Positions 50,271-60,421 of a DNA stretch of 64,000 nt are shown here, piece by piece. The notes under the pieces are model-generated. The model had not been told where the DNA came from. It was given only the letters and a program-made list of their open reading frames with translations, and made no database searches. Numbering within the stretch: position 1 is the stretch's first letter; every line of letters starts with the position of its first letter. This DNA is from an uncultured Actinomycetes bacterium (lineage in GTDB: Bacteria; Actinomycetota; UBA4738; HRBIN12), in the NCBI GenBank assembly GCA_963728735.1, contig CAVSLX010000009.1, forward strand, positions 11,190 to 75,189, in the 5' to 3' direction. The translations under genes were made by a program, and so were the position numbers.

Positions 50271-51725
50271 CTAGCCCTTCGCCGGCGGCCGTAGCCGCAA
50301 CCGAAGCATCGTACCCCCCTCGGCCGCTTCGTCGAGCGAGGCCTCACCTCCATGTTCGGCCAGGATGCCCCTGGAGATGAAGAGCCCGAGGCCACTTCCG
50401 GAACGGTCTTCGTAGCCCGGCGGGCGCCAACGGGCGAAGCGGCCGAAGACCTCCTCTCGACGTGCCGGCGGAACCCCGGGTCCCCGATCCGTTACCTCGA
50501 TCACGGCGAGCGGCCCGTCCTCGCGCAGCCGGACGATGATCGGCGCCTCCTCGGGTGAGAATCGAGCCGCGTTGTCGACCCCTTGACGGATCGCCTCGGC
50601 GAGCCACCGACGGTCCACCGAAGCGAGGATCGCTCCGGGCGCGTCGATCTCGATCGGATGCGAGCCGAGGCTGGCCGTCGCCACGGCCTCCCGGACGATC
50701 GGCACGAGGTCGTGCGTGCGGCGCTCGATCCCGAGCGTCCCGGCGTCGATCTTGAGGGCGAGCGACGTCTGATCGACCACGCCGAGCAGGCGGGCGGCCT
50801 CCTGCTCGATGAGACCGACGAACTCTCGCCGCTCGTCGTCACTCAGGCGGTCGTAGCTGCCGGACGTGGTCGCGGCGAGCCCTCTGATCGTCGCGACGGG
50901 ACCTCGCACTTCGTGCGCGACCATCGAGGCGATCTCGGCCCTTCCGCCCATGACCTCCTCGGCGCGATCCGTGGCCCGGCGCATGCTCGACCGTTCGAAG
51001 TGGATCGTCTGCAGCATGCCCACGAGGACGAAGCCGCCGATGCACAGCGCCATCGCGCCCCGGACCGAGACGCCGAGCGACGCGAAGATGGGCTCGGTCC
51101 CGATGAAGCTGAAGCCTGCGAGCGTGTACACGGCCGCTGCGAACGCCGCGGCCGCGAACCACGTGGTCGCGGCGGTTCGTGCCCGGATCGCCAGCCGGAG
51201 GCCCGCCGCCGCCAGGAGGATCGACACGACGATCAACCCGGGACGAACGCCGCCGAACGAGGCATCCTCGGGCCCGGCGACGAGCAAGAACAGGTCCGCG
51301 ACGAGGAGGCCGCCGATCGCGATGCCCGCGACGCGGACCGGTCGGGGCGGCGGCTTGCCGCGGCGGTCGCGCCACGGCACGACGAGCAGGAGCCCGGCCG
51401 CGAAGCCGGCGCGGGTGATCAGCGAACCGTAGGTGGCGAGGGCGCCGACCGAAAGGTCCTGGTCGAGCGCCGCGGTCGAGAGCACGGCCAGCACCAGCAG
51501 CTCGTGCGTCGCGAGGAGCGCGGCGCCCGTGCCGACGTACAGGAGCGCGGGGTCGCGCGTCCCCCGATACGCGACGACCGCGATCCCGACGCTCGCCACC
51601 AGCAGCCCGGTGGCGACCCACTCGAGCCCGCCGGGGAGTCCGAAGGACCGCAAGATGAGTGGCGAGACGGCGAGAACCACCACCAGGATCGCGAAACCGA
51701 GCCAGCGGGTACCCGCGCCCTCCAC
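50271..51725 (-). CDS. Multi-TM sensor histidine kinase (HisKA)
   Basis: About 8 TM helices, MVAHEVRGP, DNAARFS, DRGPG, GSGLGL. Confidence 0.92.
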   Translation of the reverse strand: MEGAGTRWLGFAILVVVLAVSPLILRSFGLPGGLEWVATGLLVASVGIAVVAYRGTRDPALLYVGTGAALLATHELLVLAVLSTAALDQDLSVGALATYGSLITRAGFAAGLLLVVPWRDRRGKPPPRPVRVAGIAIGGLLVADLFLLVAGPEDASFGGVRPGLIVVSILLAAAGLRLAIRARTAATTWFAAAAFAAAVYTLAGFSFIGTEPIFASLGVSVRGAMALCIGGFVLVGMLQTIHFERSSMRRATDRAEEVMGGRAEIASMVAHEVRGPVATIRGLAATTSGSYDRLSDDERREFVGLIEQEAARLLGVVDQTSLALKIDAGTLGIERRTHDLVPIVREAVATASLGSHPIEIDAPGAILASVDRRWLAEAIRQGVDNAARFSPEEAPIIVRLREDGPLAVIEVTDRGPGVPPARREEVFGRFARWRPPGYEDRSGSGLGLFISRGILAEHGGEASLDEAAEGGTMLRLRLRPPAKG

Positions 51726-51734
51726 GGCGCGAGT

Positions 51735-52520
51735 CTAGGAGTAGGAGTGGCCCTCGTCGGGGAACGTGCCGCTCTGGACGTCGCGCACGTAGGCCTCGAC
51801 CGCCTCGGTCATCACGCCGCGGACGTCGGCGTACTTCTTCGCGAGCTTCGGCACGGTCTCGGTGATGCCAAGCAGGTCGTGTACGACGAGCACCTGGCCG
51901 TCGGTGCCGTTGCCGGCGCCGATCCCGATCGTCGGGATCTGGAGCTCCCGCGTGATCTCGGCGCCGAGCTCGGCCGGCATCGCCTCGAGCACGATCGAGA
52001 ACGCGCCCGCCTTCTCGAGCCGGTGCGCGTGCTCGAGGACGTGCTGGGCGGCCTCGCCGCGCCCCTGCACCTTGTACCCGCCGAGCCCCAGGACGGCTTG
52101 CGGCGTCAGGCCGATGTGCGCCATCGCCGGGATCCCGATGTCGGCCAGCCGATGCACGAGCTCCTCGTGGGGGCCCTCGAGCTTCACCGCGTGAGCGCCG
52201 CCCTCCTTGATGAGCCGTCCGGCGTTCCGTACCCCGTCCTCGACGCTCGCCTGGTAGGACATGAACGGGAGATCGCCCACCACCATCGCTCGCTCGGCGC
52301 CACGGGCGACCGCTTTCGTGTGGTGGAGCATGTCCTCCATCGTGACCGGAAGCTCGTTCGGGTACCCGAGGACGTTGCGGCCGACCGAGTCGCCCACCAA
52401 CAACAATGGAACGCCGGCTCGGTCGAGGATCTGCGCGGTCGGGAAGTCGTAGGCCGTGAGCATCGCGAACCGCGTGCCTTCGGTCTTCCACGTCTGCAGG
52501 TCGTGGATGGTGATCGTCAT
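51735..52520 (-). CDS. panB: 3-methyl-2-oxobutanoate hydroxymethyltransferase
   Basis: MLTAYD, LVGDS, DLPFMSY, KLEG, HIGLTPQ, IGIGAG...DGQVLV. Confidence 0.96.
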   Translation of the reverse strand: MTITIHDLQTWKTEGTRFAMLTAYDFPTAQILDRAGVPLLLVGDSVGRNVLGYPNELPVTMEDMLHHTKAVARGAERAMVVGDLPFMSYQASVEDGVRNAGRLIKEGGAHAVKLEGPHEELVHRLADIGIPAMAHIGLTPQAVLGLGGYKVQGRGEAAQHVLEHAHRLEKAGAFSIVLEAMPAELGAEITRELQIPTIGIGAGNGTDGQVLVVHDLLGITETVPKLAKKYADVRGVMTEAVEAYVRDVQSGTFPDEGHSYS

Positions 52521-52650
52521 CGCTCGCGCCTCCTTTGGCGAAGTGCACGGCTCGTCTGGAGCAGTGTACGTCGGCGGTGCCACGAACCGATGCGGCCCTC
52601 GGGTCCGTGTCAGTCGCCGGGTGCTACCGTCGCTGCAGTTCAGGTACCCT

Positions 52651-52712
52651 TCTGGACGTCCCTCAAGGACCCCTGCTCCCCTTCCGCGGGGGGCCGTCCA
52701 GACCAGAGGAGG
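52651..52712 (+). promoter_or_regulatory. S6:S18 ribosomal protein leader
   Basis: TCTGGACG/CGTCCAGA stem with internal ACCCC tract and inner hairpin, ending at the rpsF SD GGAGG; TACCCT -10 element upstream. Confidence 0.65.
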
Positions 52713-52718
52713 TGAAGC

Positions 52719-53186
52719 TTGAGGGAGTACGAGTGCATGCTCATCCTGCCGGCCGAGGCCGATGAGGCCCTGGTGAGCACCGCGGTCGACCGCATCGCGA
52801 AGGTGATCGAGCCCGCAGGTGGTACGACCGGAGCCCTCGACCGCTGGGGCCGGCGGCGTTTCGCATTCGAGATCGACCACGAGCACGAGGGCTATTACGT
52901 GGTGCTGCGGTTCACGGCCGATCCGTCCGTGCAGCCAGAGCTCGACCGGGTGCTGAACATCGCCGACGAGGTGATCCGGCACAAGATCGTGCAGGCGCCG
53001 CCTCCCCCCACCGCGCGCCGAGAGAAGACCCCCGTTGCGAGGGCAGGCAGACCCGAGACCCGAGCCGACGCGCCACCGGCGTCGGCCGCAGAGCCCGAGG
53101 CGGCCGCGGCAGCGCCCGAGCCGCCCGCCGAACCCGCGGCGGCAGCGTCCGCCGACGACACGACCGCTTCCCCCGCCCCCGCATGA
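52719..53186 (+). CDS. rpsF: 30S ribosomal protein S6 (Ala/Pro-rich C-terminal extension)
   Basis: REYECMLIL, WGRRRFAFEI, EGYY, ELDRVLNIADEVIRH; TTG start. Confidence 0.95.
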   Translation: MREYECMLILPAEADEALVSTAVDRIAKVIEPAGGTTGALDRWGRRRFAFEIDHEHEGYYVVLRFTADPSVQPELDRVLNIADEVIRHKIVQAPPPPTARREKTPVARAGRPETRADAPPASAAEPEAAAAAPEPPAEPAAAASADDTTASPAPA

Positions 53187-53218
53187 GGGCGTGACCCCCG
53201 AAGGGAAGGAAGCCAGAT

Positions 53219-53692
53219 ATGGCGAGCGACAACCAGATCACGATCGTAGGGAACCTCACCGACGACCCCGAGCTCCGCTACACGGCCAACGGCGCCGCGG
53301 TGGCGAACTTCCGGGTCGCCTACTCCACGCGCATCCGCGACGCGGCCGGCAACTGGACCGACGGCGAGACCTCGTTCTTCACCGTCAACTGCTGGCGCGC
53401 GCTCGCCGAGAACGCGGCGGAGTCCCTGACCCGCGGGACCCGAGTCGTCTTGACCGGTCGCCTGAAGCAGCGTTCGTGGGAGAACCAAGAAGGCGAGAAG
53501 CGCACCGTGGTCGAGATCGAGGCCGACGACCTCGGTCCGAGTTTGAAATGGGCCACCGCCCGCGTCGAGAAGACCAACCGTTCGTCCTCGTCCTCGTCGT
53601 CCTCTTCGGGCGGCGGCGACTGGGGCGCGGCGGTTGCGGCACCGGTCGGCGGTGGCGTGAGCCAAGAGGAGACACCGCTGGATGCCCCCTAG
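53219..53692 (+). CDS. ssb: Single-stranded DNA-binding protein
   Basis: [34 protein letters not shown]. Confidence 0.96.
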   Translation: MASDNQITIVGNLTDDPELRYTANGAAVANFRVAYSTRIRDAAGNWTDGETSFFTVNCWRALAENAAESLTRGTRVVLTGRLKQRSWENQEGEKRTVVEIEADDLGPSLKWATARVEKTNRSSSSSSSSSGGGDWGAAVAAPVGGGVSQEETPLDAP

Positions 53693-53954
53693 GAAAGAAG
53701 GACCCAAGCGTCGTCGCGACAAGGACGAGAAGGCCTGGCAGAAGAAGGGCAAGCGCAAGGTCTGCATCTTCTGCAAGGACCACATCAACCATGTCGACTA
53801 CAAAGACGTCATCACGCTCCGGAAGTTCGTGTCCGAGCGCGGCAAGATCCGTGCGCGGCGCGTGACGGGCAATTGCGTGCAGCACCAGCGCGACGTCGCC
53901 TCCGCCGTCAAGAACGCTCGCCAGATGGCCCTGCTCCCGTATTCGGCGCGATGA
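53682..53954 (+). CDS. rpsR: 30S ribosomal protein S18 (Zn-binding CxxC form)
   Basis: [34 protein letters not shown]. Confidence 0.96.
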   Translation: MPPRKEGPKRRRDKDEKAWQKKGKRKVCIFCKDHINHVDYKDVITLRKFVSERGKIRARRVTGNCVQHQRDVASAVKNARQMALLPYSAR

Positions 53955-54403
53955 AGATCGTCCTGCAGAAGACGGTAGACAAGCTCGGCGACCCGGGCGA
54001 CGTGGCCGAGGTGGCCGACGGGTACGCGCGGAACTACCTGATCCCGCGGGGCCTTGCGATCAAGGCGCACAAGGGCGCGGCCAAGCAGGCCGACAACCTC
54101 AAGCGTGCGCACACCACGCGACTGTCGCAGCGCAAGGGCGAGTTCGCGGCGATCGCGTCGAAGATGATCGCCGACGGGCCGCTCACGATCGCGGCGCGGG
54201 CCGGCGACGAAGGCAAGCTGTTCGGCTCCGTCACCGCCGCCGAGATCGCCGAGGCGGTCGGCGCCCGCTCGGGTGTCACGGTCGACAAGCGAGAGGTGCA
54301 CCTCGACGAGCCGATCCGTTCGGTCGGCACCCACGAGGTCCGCATCAAGCTCTTCCAGGATGTCGAGCCGGTCATCACGGTCGAGGTGGTCCCGCAGGAC
54401 TGA
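53951..54403 (+). CDS. rplI: 50S ribosomal protein L9
   Basis: [30 protein letters not shown]. Confidence 0.96.
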   Translation: MKIVLQKTVDKLGDPGDVAEVADGYARNYLIPRGLAIKAHKGAAKQADNLKRAHTTRLSQRKGEFAAIASKMIADGPLTIAARAGDEGKLFGSVTAAEIAEAVGARSGVTVDKREVHLDEPIRSVGTHEVRIKLFQDVEPVITVEVVPQD

Positions 54404-54439
54404 GGCTCGGGGTCGCATGCGACCGACGACGAGCGCATC

Positions 54440-54465
54440 GAGGCCGGGGCGTCAGCCCCGGCCTC
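54440..54465. terminator. Hairpin between convergent rplI and metalloprotease genes
   Basis: GAGGCCGGGGC-GTCA-GCCCCGGCCTC 11-bp stem. Confidence 0.65.
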
Positions 54466-55345
54466 ACCCGTCGGTGCAGCCGTCCGCGCCGAGCTGCCGC
54501 AGCCCTTCGCGATCTCCCTCGCCCCAGTCTTCGAGGGTCAGGTCGGGGCGATTCCCGTCGTACATCAATTGACCGCGGTCGCGAACGTGTCCGAGGCCCA
54601 TCACGTGGCCCAGCTCGTGTTGGAGGGTCAAACCATGGGACCACCACCCCTCGAAGCCTCGTGTGCGCGCGGCCCATCGATCGATCAGCACGTAGGCACC
54701 CGCGTAGTGCCGCGCGCCGAACGACGACACCCCGCCGAAGAACGTCGCGGCGTAGGCGATCGCACGCCCGTCGATGTAGCGCTTCCGGAGCTCCGTGAAC
54801 CGATCGTGGTTCGCCCACACGAGCACCACGTCGGCTCCGTCCGGACGGCGCTCACGTTCCATCTCGTGAACGGTCGACGACGGCGTGCCCTCGGTCGTCG
54901 TTCCTTCGGAGACGAACGAGAAGCCGGTCGCCTCCGAGAGCCGGCGGAACGCCTCGGCCGTGTCACGCTCTGCCCAGGCCGGCGCCTCGTCGACCTGCAA
55001 CAGGTAGGTGATCGAGCGACACGGATCCCAGCGGTACGGTGTGCCGCCGAGCGACGTGTACCAGTAGCGGAAGGCCGGCCGCGACGTGCCGAGGGCATCC
55101 GCGGAGAGCGTCGCCGGCGCCGAGGCCGTGCCGCGTCGGCCCGGATCGTTTCCGGAGCCACCGGGGGAGGAAAGAGCCGCCGCGACGAGCGCGAGCGCCG
55201 CACCGACGGCGATCACCACCACCCCCGCTCGTCGATGCCGGGCGCCGGCGGGGATGCCGAGATCGGGCCGCGGCGGCAACGGCAGGACGGGAGGTGGAGG
55301 AAGGTCCACGCCCGCGACCGTAACGGTCCACTCGCCCGAGCGCAT
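54464..55345 (-). CDS. Membrane-anchored matrixin-like (M10) zinc metalloprotease
   Basis: TM helix, RWDPC, HELGHVMGLGH, Met-turn QLMY, GDREGL. Confidence 0.85.
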   Translation of the reverse strand: MRSGEWTVTVAGVDLPPPPVLPLPPRPDLGIPAGARHRRAGVVVIAVGAALALVAAALSSPGGSGNDPGRRGTASAPATLSADALGTSRPAFRYWYTSLGGTPYRWDPCRSITYLLQVDEAPAWAERDTAEAFRRLSEATGFSFVSEGTTTEGTPSSTVHEMERERRPDGADVVLVWANHDRFTELRKRYIDGRAIAYAATFFGGVSSFGARHYAGAYVLIDRWAARTRGFEGWWSHGLTLQHELGHVMGLGHVRDRGQLMYDGNRPDLTLEDWGEGDREGLRQLGADGCTDG

Positions 55346-55416
55346 CCGCCGGTCGGCCTGGTCCTGCGCCGAGCGCCGAGATCGGCCGGGGACCCGCACG
55401 CAGGGTGTCAGACCGA

Positions 55417-55531
55417 CTGTGCACACTTGTCCACATGCTTGTCCACAGGCACGATCCCCAGCTCAGCGGCGGAGTGACAGGCTTTCTCGGCAGCCCACCT
55501 GCGCCCGCGGAATCCACACCGGTTATCCAAT
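55417..55531 (+). promoter_or_regulatory. DnaA-box cluster upstream of dnaB
   Basis: CTGTGCACA 55417, TTGTCCACA 55427 and 55439, GAATCCACA 55510, TTATCCAAT 55523. Confidence 0.7.
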
Positions 55532-55603
55532 GCCCTCTCGATGCACCGGCGCGTAGCGTCTCGCCTCGGGCTCGATCGGTCGACGGGAGCGGGGGGGTGG
55601 ACG

Positions 55604-56970
55604 GTGGCGCGCGCTGCGGATGAGGTCGTCCGTCTTCCAGGGGGCGACCACCGTCTCCCTCCGCAGAACCTCGATGCCGAGCAGTCGGTCCTCGGCGCGA
55701 TGCTCCTGTCGGCCGACGCCGTCGCCGACGTCGTCGAGGCGCTCGAGCCCGACGACTTCTACCGCTCCGTCCACGGTCGGATCTACCGCTCGCTCCGATC
55801 GTTGTTCGCGCGAGGTGAGCCGGTCGACGTCATCACGGCCGTCGACGCCCTCAAGCGCGAAGGCGACCTCGACGAGGTCGGAGGACCGCTCTACCTGCGC
55901 GACCTCGTCGACCAGACGCCGACGCCGGCAGGAGCGGCGCACTATGCGCGGATCGTCGCCGACGCCGCGCTTCGGCGCCGGCTCATCTCGGCCGCCGCCG
56001 ACATCATGGATCTCGCCTATCGCGCCGGTGACGAGGCCGACACGATCGCCGACCATGCCGAGCAGCGGATCTACGACGTCGCTCGGCGCGAGGACAAAGA
56101 CGACACGGCGATCCTCCGCGACCTCCTCGACCAGGCGATGCAGGAGCTCGAGTCGATCCAGACGCGCGAGTCGGCCTACACGGGCATCGCGACGGGGTTC
56201 CGCGATCTCGACGACCTGACCTCGGGCTTGCAGCCGGGCAACCTCGTGGTGATCGCGGCGCGTCCCGGCGTCGGCAAGTCGTCGCTGGCGATCAACATGG
56301 CGCGCAACGTCGTCGGTGGGTGGGAATCCCGTGGCCGTGTTCTCCCTGGAGATGTCGCGCTTCGAGATCGGCATGCGCATGCTGTGCGCCGAGGCACGAG
56401 TGCCCTGGGACCGCATCCGGAACAAGCGCGTCGGGCCGAACGACTGGACGGGCGTCGTCGCAGGCCGCCGAGATCCTGCATGACGCGCCGCTGCACATCG
56501 TCGACGCCGGCAACGTGAACATCGTCGACATCCGCGCCAAGGCTCGGCGCATGCGATCGGGTCGCCAGGGCCTCGACATGATCATCGTCGACTACCTCCA
56601 GTTGATGACGAGCCCGAACGCACGGCGTCCCGACAACCGGCAGCAAGAGGTCGCCGAGATCAGCCGTCAGCTCAAGCTGCTCGCGAAGGAGCTCCACATC
56701 CCGGTCGTGGCGCTGTCGCAGTTGAACCGCAACCCCGAAGCCCGCGCCGACAAGCGTCCCCAACTGTCGGACCTGAGAGAATCGGGCGCCATAGAACAAG
56801 ACTCAGACGTCGTCATGTTCATCCATCGAGACGACGTCGATCCCGAGAAGAAGCGCGAGGCCGAGCTGATCGTCGCGAAGCATCGGAACGGCCCGACCGG
56901 ATCGATCCGCCTCAACTTCGAGCCGTCGCTCACGCAGTTCCGCAACGCCGCACGCACGAGCGAAAGCTGA
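55604..56970 (+). CDS. dnaB: Replicative DNA helicase (apparent frameshifts near 56320 and 56460)
   Basis: PPQNLDAEQSVLGAML, AARPGVGKS, FSLEM, IVDYLQLM, LSQLNR, DLRESGAIEQD, KHRNGPTG. Confidence 0.95.
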
Positions 56971-57689
56971 TGGCCCGGCGCCCGCGGCGCCCGAACACTC
57001 CCGCCGGCGCGCCTGCCGACGCACCGAACGCGGATCGCCGCCGCGTCAGGACGATCCTTCGCCGCCTGCAGGCTCGCTTCGGTGAGCTCGCACCCCCGCG
57101 GTCTGTCGATCCGCTCGACGAGCTCGTGCTCACGGTGCTCAGCCAGCACACGAGCGACCTGAACGCCGAAAGGGCGTTCGAGGCATTGCGCGCTGCCTAC
57201 CCGTCGTGGGACCAGGTCGTCGCGGCCCCGGCGGAAGCCGTCGCCGACACGATCCGGAGTGGCGGCCTCGCGAACACGAAGGCGCCGCGGATCCAAGCGA
57301 TCCTTCGGGCGATCCTCGAGCGAGAGGGCGCGTATGACCTTTCGATCCTTCGTCGCATGCCCGACGCCGAGGCCCGCTCCTACCTGACGTCGCTTCCCGG
57401 CGTCGGTCCGAAGACGGCCGCGGTCGTGCTCAGCTTCGCGCTGGGGCGTGACGCGATCCCCGTCGACACCCACGTGCACCGCGCCGCTCGACGGCTCGGT
57501 CTCGTGCCGGTGACGGCCAGCGCCGAACGCGCCGACCGACTGCTCCACGCGCTCGTCCCGGACGGGCTGCGAACGTCGTTGCACGTCGCGTTGATCCGGC
57601 TGGGTCGCGAGATCTGCAAGGCGCCGATCCCGCGATGTCGCGCGTGCCCCCTGCGCGATCTCTGCCCGACCGCGCCGCGCTACTTGTGA
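56970..57689 (+). CDS. nth: Endonuclease III-like HhH-GPD glycosylase
   Basis: VLSQHTSD, LPGVGPKTA, VDTHV, C-x6-C-x2-C-x5-C 4Fe-4S motif. Confidence 0.88.
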   Translation: MARRPRRPNTPAGAPADAPNADRRRVRTILRRLQARFGELAPPRSVDPLDELVLTVLSQHTSDLNAERAFEALRAAYPSWDQVVAAPAEAVADTIRSGGLANTKAPRIQAILRAILEREGAYDLSILRRMPDAEARSYLTSLPGVGPKTAAVVLSFALGRDAIPVDTHVHRAARRLGLVPVTASAERADRLLHALVPDGLRTSLHVALIRLGREICKAPIPRCRACPLRDLCPTAPRYL

Positions 57690-57759
57690 GCGGGTGAGGG
57701 GAATCGAACCCCCGTTTCGAGCTTGGGAAGCTCGCGTTCTGCCATTGAACCACACCCGC
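57689..57759 (-). tRNA. tRNA-Gly (CCC)
   Basis: GCGGGTGTGGTTCAATGGCAGAAC-GCGAGC-TTCCCAA-GCTCG...GGGGGTTCGATTCCCCT-CACCCGCT; CCA not encoded. Confidence 0.96.
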
Positions 57760-57895
57760 GTAACCCCTCCGCCGGAGCGGCGGAGTCGCAAGTCTATCGA
57801 CCGTCGGACGTTCCGCGCACCTCGCGGGATCGGATGCGGTGCGGCATCGTCCGGACGCGTGTGAGCCCCCACCACCTGCTACGTTGCCTAGCCGC

Positions 57896-58933
57896 ATGAC
57901 GGAACCGGATCCCGACTTCTGGCCACACGTCCTGACGCGCCTCGCCGCGCGCGAAGCCCTCGAGTCCGACGAAGCTGCCGAAGCGATGCACAGGATCATG
58001 GCCGGTGAGGCGACGCCGGGGCAGATCGGCGGGTTCCTCATGGCGCTCCGCACGAAAGGCGAGACCGTCGACGAGATCGAGGGGCTCGCGCGAACGATGC
58101 TCGGCTTCGCGAGCGCCGTGCGGCCCTCGGGTCCCGTCATCGACACGTGCGGCACCGGCGGGGATCGGAGCCATACCTTCAACATCTCGACCGTGGCCGC
58201 GATCGTCGTCGCAGGCGCCGGCGTGCAGGTGGCGAAACACGGGAACCGCGCCGCGTCGAGCCATTGCGGGTCGGCGGATCTGCTCGAGGCGCTCGGCGTG
58301 AAGATCGATCTCGACCCGCGGGCGGTCGAGCGCTCCCTCGACGATGCCGGCATCGCCTTCATGTTCGCGCCCCAGTTCCATCCCTCGATGGGGCACGCGG
58401 CGACCGTTCGTCGCGAGCTGCGGGTTCCCACGGTGTTCAATTTCCTCGGACCGCTCACGAACCCCGCCCGCCCATACGCGCAGGTCGTCGGCGTCTCCGA
58501 CGAGCGGATGCTGCCGTTGATGGCCGAAGTGCTCGCCCGCCGCGGCGTCAGGGCGAAGCTCTTCCGGGGCGAGGACGGCCTGGACGAGCTCACGACCACC
58601 GGCATCTCGACCGTGTACGACGTGAAGGACGGGGCCGTGCGCGAGACCCACCTCGACCCGTCGAAGCTCGGCCTGTCCCGCGCGCGTCCGGACGATCTTC
58701 GCGGCGGCGATGCGGCCGCCTCGGCCGACATCGCGCGCCGGGTGCTCGACGGCGAACCGGGGCCGCGTCGCGACGTCGTGCTGCTGAACGCCGGCGCGGC
58801 GCTCGAGGTGGCGGGCTTCGCCGGCTCGCTCGAGGAGGGGATGGCGACGGCTGGCCGTTCGATCGACGACGGCGACGCCGCGCGCACGCTCACCACGTGG
58901 ATCGACGTCTCCAACGCGGTGGTCCGTGGATAA
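57896..58933 (+). CDS. trpD: Anthranilate phosphoribosyltransferase
   Basis: DTCGTGGD, FNIST, KHGNRAASS..GSAD, FNFLGPLTNP, GLDE. Confidence 0.96.
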   Translation: MTEPDPDFWPHVLTRLAAREALESDEAAEAMHRIMAGEATPGQIGGFLMALRTKGETVDEIEGLARTMLGFASAVRPSGPVIDTCGTGGDRSHTFNISTVAAIVVAGAGVQVAKHGNRAASSHCGSADLLEALGVKIDLDPRAVERSLDDAGIAFMFAPQFHPSMGHAATVRRELRVPTVFNFLGPLTNPARPYAQVVGVSDERMLPLMAEVLARRGVRAKLFRGEDGLDELTTTGISTVYDVKDGAVRETHLDPSKLGLSRARPDDLRGGDAAASADIARRVLDGEPGPRRDVVLLNAGAALEVAGFAGSLEEGMATAGRSIDDGDAARTLTTWIDVSNAVVRG

Positions 58934-58948
58934 GATCGGGCCGCAGCC

Positions 58949-59515
58949 ATGATCCTGTCGGACCGTGACATCCGCCTCGCGATCGAGGCCGGCCGGATCG
59001 TGATCGATCCGTTCGAGCCCGGTTGCGTCCAGCCTTCGAGCGTCGATCTCCATGTCGACGCGCAGTTCCGAGTGTTCGCGAACTCCCGCTATCCGTACAT
59101 CGACGTGAAGCAGGACATGCCGGATCTCACCGAGCTCGTCGAGGTGAAGGGAGACGAGCCGTTCATCCTGCACCCGGGAGAGTTCGTGCTGGGGTCGACG
59201 CTCGAGCGGGTGGCCATCCCCGATGACCTCGTCGCGCGCCTCGAGGGCAAGTCCTCGCTCGGCCGGCTCGGGCTGCTGATCCACTCGACGGCGGGCTACG
59301 TGGACCCGGGGTGGGACGGCTACCTCACGCTCGAGCTCTCGAACGTGGCCAACCTGCCGATCACGCTCTACGCGGGGATGAAGATAGGCCAGATCTCGTT
59401 CTTCCGACTGAGCTCGCCGGCCGAGACCCCCTACGGAGGGGCGGGGAACAAATACCAGGGCCAGCGCGGACCGACGCCGAGCCGGTTCTTCCGAGACTTC
59501 AGCGACCCCGACTGA
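58949..59515 (+). CDS. dcd: dCTP deaminase
   Basis: [41 protein letters not shown]. Confidence 0.96.
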   Translation: MILSDRDIRLAIEAGRIVIDPFEPGCVQPSSVDLHVDAQFRVFANSRYPYIDVKQDMPDLTELVEVKGDEPFILHPGEFVLGSTLERVAIPDDLVARLEGKSSLGRLGLLIHSTAGYVDPGWDGYLTLELSNVANLPITLYAGMKIGQISFFRLSSPAETPYGGAGNKYQGQRGPTPSRFFRDFSDPD

Positions 59516-59684
59516 CCGGCGCGTCGGCGACATCGACGACGTCGGCCTCGTCGGCTTCGCGAGCCTCGTCGGCCTCGGCCGCGGCGGCCTGTTCGAGCGC
59601 CCTCGTTCGCATCACCCAGTACCAATGCTCTTCATAGGCGCGATCGCTCGCACCGTGACGCGGCGTGTTCTCGTTCTCGGTCAT
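59499..59684 (-). CDS. Small hypothetical protein, 61 aa
   Basis: GGAGGGG RBS, ATG; [16 protein letters not shown] core plus acidic tail; directly after the response regulator. Confidence 0.55.
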   Translation of the reverse strand: MTENENTPRHGASDRAYEEHWYWVMRTRALEQAAAAEADEAREADEADVVDVADAPVSRGR

Positions 59685-59740
59685 GTCCCCTCCCAGGGTT
59701 CGTCGATCCGGTCCGCGGACCGGCGGTGATGGCGCCTGCG

Positions 59741-60421
59741 TCAGTCCCCGTTGGCGACCAGTGCACCCGGCACCGGCCCGACCCCCATCTGCACAGCCAT
59801 CATCGCGGCCTGTGTCCGGTTCGTGACGCCGAGCTTGCGGAAGATCGCCGCGAGGTGCGCCTTCACGGTCTTCTCCGACAAGAAGAGCTGCTGTGCGATG
59901 TCGCGGTTGGCTCGCCCTTCGGAGAGAAGCGCGAGGATGTCGTGTTCGCGTTGGGTCAGGCTGTATTCGTTCCGACGGCCTGGTCCGCTGCCCGGTCCAC
60001 CCTGCTCCTGGTCTTCGAACAGGTTCTGGATCACGCGGGGTGACAGGACGTTCCCGCTCCCGGACATGGCCACGTTGATCGCCTGTGCGAGATCCTCGGG
60101 CGTCGCGTCCTTGAGCAGGTACCCGGCCGCGCCGTCGGCGAGCGCGCGCCGCACGTATGGCGCGTTCTCGTAGGTCGACAGCATGATCACGGGCATCTCC
60201 GGCCACTCGACCTTGATCGCCCGCAACAGCTCGAGCCCATCGAGGTCGGGCATCCGAACGTCCACGAGCGCGAGGTCCGGTTTCGCGCCCTTCTTCAACA
60301 GCTCGAGCGCCGTGGTGGCGGACTCGGCCTCGACGACCTCAGCGTCCGGGAAGCCTTCCTTCACCACGTATTGCATGCCACGACGCACCAGCGCGTGGTC
60401 GTCAACGATCAGGATCTTCAT
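59741..60421 (-). CDS. NarL/LuxR family response regulator
   Basis: IVDDH, DVRMP, LSTY, GYLLK, LTQREHDIL...TVKAH. Confidence 0.95.
   Translation of the reverse strand: MKILIVDDHALVRRGMQYVVKEGFPDAEVVEAESATTALELLKKGAKPDLALVDVRMPDLDGLELLRAIKVEWPEMPVIMLSTYENAPYVRRALADGAAGYLLKDATPEDLAQAINVAMSGSGNVLSPRVIQNLFEDQEQGGPGSGPGRRNEYSLTQREHDILALLSEGRANRDIAQQLFLSEKTVKAHLAAIFRKLGVTNRTQAAMMAVQMGVGPVPGALVANGD

Noticed and set aside
55400-55600. Replication origin
   Set aside because: Few boxes, no dnaA/dnaN linkage and no clear AT-rich unwinding element.
55604-56970. Split dnaB, intein or programmed frameshifting
   Set aside because: The length is normal, there is no intein insert, and two single-base shifts fit the window-wide indel error pattern.
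57689-57759. tRNA-Gly or tRNA-Sec as integration sites for a mobile element
   Set aside because: I saw no duplicated tRNA 3' ends or integrase; the flanking genes are housekeeping.
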